A DNA stretch of 61,224 bases, counting the filler, from Sphacelaria rigidula (taxonomy: Eukaryota), in assembly GCA_964200075.2 (NCBI GenBank). It is 6 parts of 6 records of this genome, joined end to end, with 100 filler letters (N's around TTAATTAATTAA, not from the genome) between each part and the next. Parts side by side here need not be neighbours in the genome. Positions count along the whole stretch, not along the records: positions 20,444 to 30,564 come from CAXNAA020007093.1; positions 30,665 to 40,784 come from CAXNAA020007094.1; 4 more parts are not named here. One strand, given 5' to 3'. How positions within the stretch are numbered: the stretch's first letter is position 1; each line of letters starts with the position of its first letter. The translations under genes and the position numbers were made by a program. The notes beneath the pieces are model-generated. The model did not search any database, was not told the origin of the DNA, and saw nothing but the letters and a program-made list of their open reading frames with translations. This document shows, in pieces, positions 24,029-35,590 of this stretch.

Positions 24029-25544
24029 CTGCACCAAACAACCAGCACAGAGAGCCATATGCCCTGTCAAGATGTCTGGGACGTACATCGTCATAATAGT
24101 ATCGTGGTCATCAAATGGCGCGTAGGTCAAAGTGGACAACAAACCAACCTTGGAGTCAGCAGGCGAGGAGGATAGCTACTGCAGCGTGGTAGCTACAGGC
24201 GGTGTAGTACCTTTCCCATAGGGATAATGGTGCCGATACTGGGACTACACCACGGACGACTCGACAAGGGGATCGGTGTTCAACTCTAAACACGCACAGA
24301 AGTCTGTACTGTAGGTGAACCGATATACAGTAGTCAGCATCAAAACGTTTCAGAATCCGTCGTTCTATTTTTTTAGTTCTTCTGGAGTACTCTTCTTCAC
24401 TATTACGGAGGAACATTGTTAGTAGGGACAAAAAATGCGCATAGACAAAAATTCAAGAAAACATTATGTTACTAATAATTATGGTCATACCCGTTTACCC
24501 GGTATTTTCATCTGCAGTTTCTAGACAAAACCAACGGGAGGACATGTGTAGTGATATGCATTGGGCACACCGTACTAAAGCTGGCAACTGTGGCTTTCTA
24601 ACGATGGTGGTCTCGTCCTCAGGCGTATCGTACAGCATGAAGGAGGTAATGTTGATCATGACAGCACCGTTTTTTGTACGAGGGGACGAACGCCGTCCCC
24701 ACATCTGTGAAGAAACACGCAAACGACATATTGATGAAAACCTCAAAAATGATCGAGGGAGCTCTCGAAACCGTCTTTTCACTGCCTCAATATATATTGA
24801 TGGGACAATATGTGTTCAACCCCACGGTACCAATATATATTGGGTGGGCGATATGTATGCAGTCCCACGATATCAACATACATCTTGGGCGCGCAATACG
24901 TGTGCGATCCAAGGGTACCGATATATATATATATATATATAACGCCGGCAATATATCGCAAAATTCCAATATGGACTGCTGCCGAGATAGCCCCTCCCTA
25001 AACCGGCCAAAAACGTGCACGGAGACGATGATCATAACTGCCGGTAAAGTTGGTTTCGTGCTGCACGATGCGACTGATTTGGGCGTTGTAGCTGATTTCA
25101 GACTGCTACACTCCTCTCATGTGGGCGAAATTGCCGCAAACGAGCCTAATAGTGGGATCGCAGCCGGTTCGTTGGATGGTGCCGGAGCACTTTTTGTGGG
25201 GGGGCTATCTCGGCATTAGTCTATGATCGACCAATATATATTGAAAACATTTTGTATTGTCCGGGTTATGACAGTTTCCGTAGTCGGCGATTTTCCAACA
25301 GTCTTTTCGGGTTCCGCCGGTGGTATCAGTGTGTGTTTGATTCCGAAGTTCGGGAATCGGGACATTAGACCCACTTTTATGGCAACAAATCTCGAATATT
25401 TGGGATCCCGACATTGCAAAAAATGAGGGGACTAAAATTCGTGGACTCCAAATCGGGGGCCCGTTTTGTGGCACAGACAGTATAGTTTCACATATTGGAA
25501 ACGGTTCTAATGCTAGTACGGTCATTTTCAAATGCTAGTAATCT

Positions 25545-26806
25545 AACCAAAAATGATGCTCGTAATGTGGAACTTGTGCTCGATTTATGCTCGCATTTTA
25601 AATAAAGTTATGCTCAATTTATGCTCGCGACGTGGAATTTACTCTCGATTATGCTCGTGATATCCAACAAGGATGCCATTTTCGACCGGATACAGACCCG
25701 CCGATCACTACTCTTTTTTACTGTTATGATGTTAATCACATTGGCTCAATCTCTCGAACCCGTGGTCACACGAGTGCAAGGAGCATACCACCCATACCCG
25801 TTAATCGAGCAGCCCGCACAGAAAGTCAAACAAAACATCTCCCAACAAAGGGCATACTACTGTATATGCATGTTTTATAGACACGCAGTACCACCTACCT
25901 GCATTAGTACTATTGAATACCGTATTTTCCTTTTGTCGTACATGGTGCATCACTGTATACTATCGCATACTCCCTGTACAATATCTTGTGCTATATGCCT
26001 CCCCGCAAGCGACAGGCAACCTGCTGATTCGGATATCCATCATAATCTGGCACAATGAATGTACGTTGTACGCATCTCGTCACCACTCTCAAAATGACAA
26101 GTCACGAAATCACATGATGGGTTCACTCGTCGCCTGTCCCATGTCGAGGAATTCGTGCCAAAGGACAACGACAAACGAAAAACTGATATTTGATTGATAA
26201 ATCATTGTTAGATCGATGACATCGAATGAACCAATATCACTTCAAATCCAGCCGATGTCGCAAGATGGGTACAACTTAGGAAACAAGGTGAAAAAAAGGA
26301 AACACACTAAAGGGTAAAAATTGGGAAAATACTGGAGTAGACAAGAAGAATCAAGTAGCCAGAGGAAGTACAAAACCGTCACAGACAAAATAAAATGGGA
26401 AGCGAAGATCTGCTGCTGTGCTGCTTTGCTGTATGCTGTGCGCTGTAAGCCGTGTACTACAGACTACAGACGGTACAGTAGTACACTGTACGTGTTCATG
26501 TTTCGTGTCGTGTGCTTTCACGTTTTTCAGACCTGCGATAGATCAGATAGGCAGTTAAAATGGCTAGTTCCAGAGCATTCATGTCTTTCAGACCCGCGGT
26601 CGATAATGGTGGGGCTTTTTACCCAGAATATCACAGCAGGCCAGCATTTTAGACCCGTGTTCCCGCCCCTACGGCAAAAACTCATGCTCGATTGTGCTCC
26701 TAATATGGCAATTACGCTCGAATATGGTTTTCACTGAAACGCTTTGCTATTAATACCACCAAGGTGGAATTATGCCAGAACATATGCTAGCAAAATAAGG
26801 GGCCTA
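25545..26806. mobile_element. Family D copy without the nested insertion (opposite orientation)
   Basis: Ends ...tatgctagcaaaataaggggccta; homologous to 5491-5563 plus 7075-7940; ttatgctcg repeats at 25555-25660; left boundary uncertain. Confidence 0.65.
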
Positions 26807-27369
26807 GTTTGGGCTCAACATTGAACGGTTGACGGGCTAATTGGCAGGAAATTTTGTAGATCGTTCTTCGTCCGAAACACTTCGCCCCCCCCCCCGCTCT
26901 AGCGCAATGGGAGATAAACAAAAAATCAAGGCTTCGTACAATAGTTCATAGAAACGATCGGGATTGATATACCTCGTCCTCTATGCTATACAGAGCTTTG
27001 GTTGGACACTTTTCGTGGTAGAGTATTATGATGAATTTGCCAGCGTAGTGTTCTTCGTCAGCACCCGAATGTCCTAGCTTCGGTAGATATTAGGAGAAGA
27101 AACAGGTGATCTTCTCGACACAATTCTCAGGTTGGTGGTGTTGGAGTGTTAAGAGGTCAAAACCTTGTTTATCAGGGGGTGTTATTTACCGTCGCTGGTC
27201 GAAAAATAATATTTCCGGCTTCGGTGCAACGAATAGGTGGACATTTGAAGAAAGAAGTATTCACAGTTGTTCACGAGAACGATCGGGGTCGCTTCAGTCG
27301 AGCAGAAATACCACACGTTAAACGAGCCATTGCCGTTCGAAACGAGTTCACCCGTTGGTGTTCTCTTAA

Positions 27370-27570
27370 CACAACGAGTATGACTCGAGTTCTCGTCCTA
27401 TTAGGATTTTCACAACGAGTGATGACTCGAGAGTACTAGCTGTATTTGTTTTCCACAACGATCAATGACTCGAGTGCTCGCCCTATTATTTTTTCCCCCA
27501 CGATTCATGACTCGAGTGCTCGCCCTATTAATGTTTCCACAACGAGCAGTAACTCGAATGCTCGAGGACC
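27370..27570. repeat. Minisatellite, ~42-bp unit x5
   Basis: acaacgag..tgactcgagtgctcgccctatt units at about 27371, 27412, 27455, 27497 and 27539. Confidence 0.85.
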
Positions 27571-27989
27571 TCCAAAACCGGCCAGCCAGCAGCCCAACGA
27601 GAGCGAGTGGCCCGAGTCATACTCGCGTTCGTCCGATATATGAAAAATACCCAAGGGTCAGGACCTGGGGCCGGGGGGCCGCAGGATTCCCGAGGACCGG
27701 TCAGCGCATAATCCATTCAATATCAAGAGTAGAGATAACTCTTGTTTAGGGTGTGGACCGGATGCATAGTATCTCCCGGTCCGTAGTGGTTCAACGGTGG
27801 GGTAATCTGTTCGTTTTTTCCGGTCTTGTCAGTGAGAGTCTCTCGACAGACGAACACCTGGGCCTTAGTGTACAGTCTCAGAAAGCATCTGGACCCTATC
27901 GCCGGATCGCTCTCCTCCAACTTCACACACGCCGAACAGATCAGCTCCTCGTAGCTCGCGCTAGCGGTTTTTTATCGCCGTTCCCTAGT

Positions 27990-28305
27990 GGGCTATAAGA
28001 GCTACATGAGCTATGGATGTTCTCCTGGGTGGGCTATGAGAGCTGCAGGAGCTACAAGTGTTTGTCCTGGGTGAAGTACCAACCCGTACCTCATCAGCTC
28101 ATATTCGCCCTTGGTGAGCCATGAGAGCTACATGAGCGACGCACGTTTGCCCCAGATGAGTTAGGCATAATTTCCGTGCTCGAGATACCGCACATAGGCC
28201 GCGCACGTTTGCCCTGGGTAAGCTATAAGAGCGGCATCCGCTACAGATGTTCGCCACGGTTGAGCTATGAGTGCCATATCTGCTACGCATGTTTGCCCTG
28301 GAGCA
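27990..28305. repeat. Degenerate ~41-bp tandem repeat
   Basis: Recurring gctatgagagctacatgagct...tgtttgccctgggt. Confidence 0.7.
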
Positions 28306-28547
28306 GAAACATGTGCATGCATCGGTGTGTGTGCAGCGATGGATATGCTTCATGTCAATGTCAACATGACCGCATCAGAAGCCATTCGCCCCGTAGCCAC
28401 CACACCCACACATAACCCGTCCTACATGGCGACTGCCGGGGGTAGCAGCTCGGGCGACGCTTCCGTCGGAAATGATGCCGTGGATCTCGAGCAAACGCGA
28501 TCGATGTGGAGAAAAAAGTGAACATACTGACGATATTCGATTGCTCA

Positions 28548-28656
28548 AACCTTTGGCCGCGAGCGTAGGCGATTCATTGAATCGCCATGATTCACACCCG
28601 GAAAATAATATTGATGGTTGATGTAACAGTTCGCCTACCCTCGCGGTAAAAGGGTT
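28548..28656. mobile_element. Tiny MITE (109 bp), piggyBac-like termini
   Basis: aacctttggccgcgagcgtaggcga / tcgcctaccctcgcggtaaaagggtt imperfect inverted ends; TTAA flanks not intact. Confidence 0.55.
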
Positions 28657-29144
28657 CACGCTCTTACGGTGAGCGTAGGTGATCTGTTGAATTAGCTCCA
28701 ACTTTACTTGTAAAAAGTATGCATGACCAGATGAACGCTTACCTTCGTGGCCAAGCGGTATGAAAAAATGAAGTGGTCGATTACCAAATACATCGAATAC
28801 TGATCATGTTTTGAACCATTCGACCACGCCAAGAGCGATTCGTGTTGACTTATTTCCTTCCCAACGTGGAGAGCGGGGCGAAACACCACAACAAACGGCT
28901 GCTGAATCTGCAATTTGCGGCTCGAAAACGGAGATGAACACCGTCCGGATTCCGGATTAGATAAATGACGCCTGAATCCAACGGCATAGATTGTACAATC
29001 AGATGTCTTCCTCTGGTCGTTGCCGTTGCACCCACGAGACCACCACTCGGAATACTCAAAGCGGTAAGACCAGCGTACCGCCTAATAAATATCCACATGC
29101 TGTTGAAAAAAAGGCGTATGGTGCTGTGATGAAACGGCTGTTAT

Positions 29145-29335
29145 GAGAGGTATCTCAAACTCGGATCCCGTTATCCTCGTTTGTTATGTTCTATTTTTTC
29201 AAGTGAAAGTGATGCCGATTCATCAGATGATGAGACCGTGTGACTGCCAGGTCAGGTCCTCTCATGAATCGCCATCACTCCCACTTGAAAAAAACAGTGC
29301 ACAACTCAGAGCCAGCGAACTCGTCTGTGTCGACG
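29145..29335. mobile_element. MITE family G, right end degraded or truncated
   Basis: Reverse-complement homologue of 44658-44872. Confidence 0.75.
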
Positions 29336-29382
29336 AGATATTGCTTTGAGAGCTCAAATCCGTGTATAGGCTGGCCCAGCTC

Positions 29383-29960
29383 GTACTCAACTTTTGAGTA
29401 GGTTGAGTATGGTCTCGAAAATTCTCCTCAAACTTCGAGTAAGCACTTTCAGTAGTACTCGAGTATGACCTCAATACTCTACTCAAATTTTGAGTACGTC
29501 GAGTACGGCCTCGAATACTCTACTCAAATTTTGAGGAGATCGAGTATGACCTCAAATACTCGACTCAAATTTTGAGTACATTGAGTATGGTCTCAAATAC
29601 TCTACTCAAATTTTGAGGAGATCGAGTATGACCTCAAATACTCGACTCAAATTTCGAGTACGTTGAGTATGGTCTCAAATACTCTACTCAAATTTTGAGG
29701 AGATCGAGTATGACCTCAAATACTCTACTCAAATTTTGAGTACGTTGAGTATGGTCTCAAATACTCTACTCAAATTATGGTCTCAAATACTCTACTCAAA
29801 TTTTGAGGAGATCGAGTATGACCTCAAATACTCTACTCAAATTTTGAGTACGTTGAGTATGGTCTCAAATACTCTACTCAAATTTTGAGGAGATCGAGTA
29901 TGACCTCAAATACTCTACTCAAATATGGAGTAAGCACTCTCAGCAATACTTGAGTATAGA
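29383..29960. repeat. Satellite, 41-bp unit with alternating A/B variants (82-bp dimer), about 12 units
   Basis: tactctactcaaattttgag-tacgttgagtatggtctcaaa alternates with -gagatcgagtatgacctcaaa; units at 29475, 29516, 29557 and onward. Confidence 0.95.
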
Positions 29961-30564
29961 GTACCCCTTGAGTATAGAGTACCCCTTGGATATGGTGAGT
30001 ATTCCTGACAGTCGGCGACTTCGTGGCGTCAATTCACAGACTATGTTGAATACATAGGCAAACGATGGCCATCAATTACATGGGCGGCTTTACATCACAG
30101 CCAACAGTGAGTATGAGCGAATGATGGCCATGGAAAATCATGAAAAGACGTGCAGGTGAATGCACCTACCTGCCCCAGCGCCCCATTTCACCAGCAGGTT
30201 TAGAATGGAAACGTCCACTCTTCAAGGGTAGGTCGAGTAGAGTATGTACTTTTGAGTACTCGAGGAAAATACTCAAGTATTTTCGTATAGGACACTCTGA
30301 ACAGATTCTGTTTTTGCTGATAGCGGTATGCCGTGTGTAGGCTAGACATGCCCTGTCTGTTGTGTTTCCATGACGATGCTACTTGACCAGAACCCGCGGG
30401 AGGTTATAGTTCCTTGTTTTCCCTCCCCGTTACCGTCAGGTTGTCCTTTTCTGGTCCTCTTGTCTTCTTTTGGATCTTCCTATCTAGCGTTTTTCAGTCT
30501 TCGGTGCGCAGGTTTTGTAGAGCATCTCTTTGAACAGCAATCCAGACAGTAGATCTATTTTGGG

Positions 30565-30664
30565 NNNNNNNNNNNNNNNNNNNNNNNNNNNNNNNNNNNN
30601 NNNNNNNNTTAATTAATTAANNNNNNNNNNNNNNNNNNNNNNNNNNNNNNNNNNNNNNNNNNNN
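30565..30664. other. Artificial contig linker
   Basis: N44-TTAATTAATTAA-N44. Confidence 0.97.
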
Positions 30665-30801
30665 CGTTCCACCGCCTCATCACGCTCCTCGGACACCTGC
30701 CCCCCCGCCTCCTGGAGAGCATCAACCGACAAGCTCACTCTGCGACTGGCCAAAAAAGCAGGCGTCTCGACACTCGAACCGGGCGACGGCAGTTTCGTTT
30801 T

Positions 30802-31165
30802 TTAGGACTCCAACAACCGATCATACGGATCGATTCTGAGTCCCCGAAGCGTCGGTAGGCCCAACAGAACGACACCATCCGTCCCCCGCATGATCGCAAA
30901 CGATATTGGGGGTGATTGTTCTGGCCCCAAGGTAGTCAGGAACGCCAACTGTAGGGGAATCGTACGCTCTGTAACATTTATACGTTGCCCAGATGCGGTG
31001 ATGGCGTGCCGCGCCCCGAGCGAGAACGGAATTCGGATTTGCTCACCGTGGAGTAGACGCTCCGGCATCTCCACAATCAGCACCGACACGCTCGTGAAGT
31101 GGGTGCCTGAATCCAACACCGCGTTTATCGATATAGCTCCCCGCGCCCGTTGATCGGGCAGATAT
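30802..31165 (-). pseudogene. Retroviral-like aspartic protease
   Basis: AVLDSGTHFTSVS catalytic motif and VVLLGLPTLRGL C-terminal motif; in-frame stops on both sides. Confidence 0.8.
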
Positions 31166-31541
31166 TACTCGGCAGGGACATAATTGTCTTGGTCCTCGAC
31201 CGGCACCTGCTGCACCGACTGATGGGTCGTAATCCCCACTTGGCGCCACGGCTGCGCGCTCGGCGCATGCATAGACGACAGTTTCTACGATAGCCCCCGC
31301 CAAAAAAGTGCATGGTTTTGGGAGGCAAAATCCTCACGTAAATCGAAATGGGAAAAGCCGAGTACAGCGAGAAGTTGGAAATCTCCACGCTTGGGTTCGT
31401 TCTAGCCAATGTCGCCAGTATTAGGCGCTTCATGCAGCCTGAATCCGAACATCAGGCGCTACATGGCCATTTTTTTCGAGACACTTTTAGCTGGTTTTGG
31501 GTGGGGGCTATCGTAGAAAGCGTCAGACGCCCCCGCTGGGA

Positions 31542-32762
31542 TCACCGGCACCGCCGGCGGGTACGAAGCCCCGTCCGCAGAACCAAATTGCAGCGGTACC
31601 CCGGCCGGCGCAGCAGCCGATCCAAATTGCAGCTGAAAACCGGCCGGCTCCGCACCCGGCGTCTCGCCTTGCTCTGCTGCCAGCGGCGCGTCACCGAGCC
31701 CGACACTAGAGAGGTCGGTCCCACCTGCACCGCCCGTCGCGGAGCAGCAACCCCTGCGTCTGAACCGAACCCAGAATCGGACCCCTGTTGACGCCGCTGC
31801 CCCTGCCCCTGCTGCTGCTGCTGCTGCTGCTGGGAACTCGACTGTGCACCTCCACCGCTGGAGGATCCGCCGCTGCCGCCACCACGACTACCTCGTCTTT
31901 TGTGACTGCGGGGGTACGTGGCACTCGCCTGCCCAGACTCCCCCTCAGAAGGCGTTGGGGACTTGCGTGCGATGTGACCGACCTGGCCACACTGAAAGCA
32001 AGTAAATTTGGAGGCGGCACTGCCTGCGGATTTTGATCCGCGGTTACGCGAGCTCGAAGACTGCGGCGACGAAGTGGATGAGTTTCCGAATACTTCGACC
32101 CGCCGCCATGCCTGAGCTTCAGCCACCACGGTATCCATGACTAAATACGGGTCCGACTTCCAATTTGTTTCGTGCTGTAACTGTACAAGCACTGCCTGCT
32201 TTAATTCCGTCGGTGCCAGACCCTCCACCATCGCTTTCGTGACCACCGCAGGGGGCCCCGGGCAAAATTTCCCGTCGGACGAACGATAAATCATCTCTAC
32301 GTTGGAATTTTCCCAAAAATACGTCTCCAACTTACCCATTATGGGCTCCACCCTCTCACGCATGGTCCTCCCCTTGTGATTCCTTGCGAAAGCCTTCGCC
32401 ACGGCCGCGGACGCCTGAGTAAGCTCTACCTCCGCTCCTGCCGCATGCCCTGCTTGCTTCTTTATCGCTGCGGCCAACTGCAGCGGCGTTATGGTATGTT
32501 TTTCGTGAAACCTTCTCGCGAAGACGCGTTGCAAGGAGGTAGGCACTAGTTACGCCATAGAAACCTCCTGATGCCTCACGGCACCCCCTGCATTCTCATG
32601 CTCCACCCTCCTTTTGTTTTCTATGTATTTCGTGTAAAACGATCGAGAGGCACCCTCAGAACACAGACTCCCGCAACTGGGCGGCCGCAACTCGTCCCTT
32701 AGAACGACAGGGGTTACGATCGTTTCCGCGGGCTCTACTGCCGATATCTCAGTAGTCGACAT
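31542..32762 (-). pseudogene. Gag-like protein with degenerate CCHC knuckle
   Basis: ORFs 32550-32762 and 31542-32546 are in one frame separated by a single TAA; CFQCGQVGHIARKSP has lost the last Cys; G/S/Q-rich tail. Confidence 0.8.
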
Positions 32763-33789
32763 TCTAGAGCAGAAAATCGAAGATTTGTGAAACCTTTTCG
32801 AACTTCAGATCACACCTGCTTTCTTCGCCGCTTCACACAGCCATGGGGTCCTATAAACGCCCGCTGTACGCAGCTCCAGCAAGTCTCCAGTCTGGATCAA
32901 TCACGGGCCAGCCGCCTTTGCAGCTACCTCAACTTGAAGCCTCCTCACGCGTCCGTGAAGCTCTATGCCCGAAGCTAATCACAAGCTGTCCAGACGTCTC
33001 CCTGCTGAAAATCTCAGCAGTCTCAAACGATAGCTCCTACTAGCACGCCTGCACTAGCACTAATATCGATATTGTGACGCTAGCAGGTTGCTAGACTGCA
33101 GCATCCAAATGCTGTTGAGGGACTCCCCAGTTCCACTGGCCTCAAGTTCTCAGTTGTCAGCCTTCACAACACCCTATCATTACCGGAGTGAACACCTACA
33201 ACCGCGTACCATCAGGCCTGGGCTACACAGCAAGGGTCATCATCCACAGGATGCCCTTGTCCCCTGGTCATCATCCAGGATCCACTATATACTCAACCGT
33301 GACGGCGTGACTTTGCCACATGGCGCAGATAAAGGGCCCCTGTCATGGTTCGATACTCACCGCGTGGCTGGGAATGGCGACAGTTCAGCGGGCACCTGGG
33401 CTAGCGGGCTCAAACACAATCATGAATATCGAATCCATTGAGCTCGGCGTTACCGAGTGCAGAGCCAGTCATGTTGGCAGGGTCAGGCTGCATACCCGAT
33501 GAGCCGCTCGGACGCCAGAACAACAAATCTTGCATGGAGATCAGGCTCACATTTAGTGAAGACCAGAGAATCCTCTGAGATCGCAGTCCGTGATGGCGTA
33601 GATGCTCTTTTATTATTGGCGTACAGGCTAACTTGTGCTTTGCTAGTGGAGATGCATAGTCCAAAACGCTGTAACACATAGGGGCAGGCTGCTCAATCCA
33701 ATCACACAATGTAGTATGACCGATCAGGTACCAAGCATTACAAAGTATGACACATGGAATCTAGTCGACTGGAAAATGACCGATAAATC

Positions 33790-34137
33790 TGTAACATCCC
33801 CCTAGCCATATTTATATGGCTAAACAAAAATATATTGGAGGGCTGGAAGGGCCAGAACAAGAACAAAGCCTGTGCATCATACGCCTGAAAGTAAAACGAG
33901 AAAAATCTGCTGAATTACAGTACAGGGGAAAACTCGTTGCAGATCTAATGAATAGGTAAACCCTGATAAGCAGGGGAAGACTCCATCCGTTAGGAAAGGA
34001 AAAAATCTATAACGTCCTTTCCAACGACAGAAACAGCAGACAAGTACGACCGCTGTCGTTTTCCCGGGATCTCAGTTAGACTGGAGAACGATCGGCTAGT
34101 TAGCGTGATCGCGCGTCGACACCCCGAATCAGTTACA
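33790..34137 (+). mobile_element. Possible LTR (348 bp)
   Basis: TGTAAC...GTTACA inverted ends followed by cTGG (PBS-like position); no TSD or second copy. Confidence 0.35.
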
Positions 34138-34776
34138 CTGGATTCTGGGGTAGTACGGGGCTTGAATCTCGCTAAAAACAACTTTTCCACGAACTGATCA
34201 ATAGTTACAGGAATGCAGCTTTTGAGGGGTGCTCTTCTGTAACTGCTGACACCTATTCTACTGGAAATAGAGCTCACGCGCCTTGGCTCACACATGTGCC
34301 CGTATGTTACCAAATGGGGAGCAATCAATAACAAAGCGACAAAAGAAAAAGACAAGAACACTCGAAACTCATGACTGAAGCGTACGGTAGCGGCGATATA
34401 TAGTTACTCATACCCTTATCTCATCACCACAGTCCTCTCGCAATAATATCATATACCACGTCACACAACAGCTATTCGTAAACGTCCATAGCTCCGGTCT
34501 TTCTTTGGTTATCCGTTCCAGCTTGGGGCGCTCGAGTTCCCGGCGAGACAACTGTTTCCAGCCTCCATCTTCGCATCGCACTCGCCGAGAGAAATTCCCG
34601 TAATCATACACGTGGTGCTCCAGCTCGAACTGCTATAGCCTTTCCCCCCCACTCGATCCATCACTCGTGTCTAAGAATGATCCACCCCGACCGTCATGGT
34701 CAATGGTCAAATGACTAAGGCAAGCAACAAATGAGTACGCCCCCGACGGTCTGCGATACTTTTTTTGTTTCTCTTT

Positions 34777-35221
34777 AACACGGGATCTTACAAGTTGGGG
34801 ATGGATCTTCCGTTGGGGATGAGAAACCCGGAGAATTCAAATCTTCGTATATACACCAAATCTGCTAAATATGCAATCATTTCTTCACCTACTGATAGCT
34901 ATTGACAACTGCTACACGCCATAAACATTTGGATTCAGGTCAACGAGGTGTTGGGGTCCTAGGTTGAAAACCAATTTCGGAACCATTTTGGCATCTGTTC
35001 GGACACCCGAAAATCCCCAAAATTGGTTCTTCACCTAGGACCCCGGCATCTCGGTGATCGAAATACAAATCTCCATGGCGTGTAGCAGTTGTCAATAGCT
35101 ATCTGCAGATGAAGAAATGGGAACACATTTCGAGATTTGGTGTGGATATACGAAGATATTAATTCTCCGAGTTTCTCACCCCCAATAAAAAATCTACCCC
35201 CATTTTGTAAGATCCCGTGTT
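34777..35221. mobile_element. Foldback MITE family B (445 bp)
   Basis: About 200-bp imperfect inverted arms: aacacgggatcttacaa... / ...ttgtaagatcccgtgtt. Confidence 0.85.
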
Positions 35222-35377
35222 CTTTCCCCCTCAACTGTATCCCGTAAGCCGTCTGTGTACCAAACTTTGAAAAAAATATTAAAGGTGTATGGATTTGAAT
35301 ACCAGAGGGGTTTGATTGATGGAGGTTGGGGGACAAGTAGGAGTTATCAGAGAAAAAGTAGGGATTGAATCAAAATG

Positions 35378-35590
35378 TTTACCTCCCCCGGACATATACC
35401 CGTACTCTGCCTGCATCGGATATACGCACAAGAGTTGAACCCGGGTTGGGGTTATGGGAGGCTTACAAATCTTACAGAGTTGTCGACCAGGGGTATGATG
35501 GACTTTACAGATCTTACAAAATTCGTGGGTACCTGTAAGAAACGTTATACGAAACTGTTGGGTACCGGTTTGGAAGTTTTACACGGTTGA
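35378..35590. mobile_element. Family C fragment
   Basis: Reverse complement of about 1860-2015. Confidence 0.6.

Larger units (their letters stand above)
30665..33079 (-). mobile_element. Decayed LTR retrotransposon, 5' part (probably Ty3/Gypsy), cut by the contig start
   Basis: gag-like frame with zinc knuckle followed by aspartic protease; candidate 5' LTR at about 33079-32785 is weakly supported (no clear PBS). Confidence 0.8.

Noticed and set aside
29383..29960. CRISPR array
   Set aside because: Inter-repeat segments alternate between two variants with no unique spacers; no cas genes; eukaryotic context
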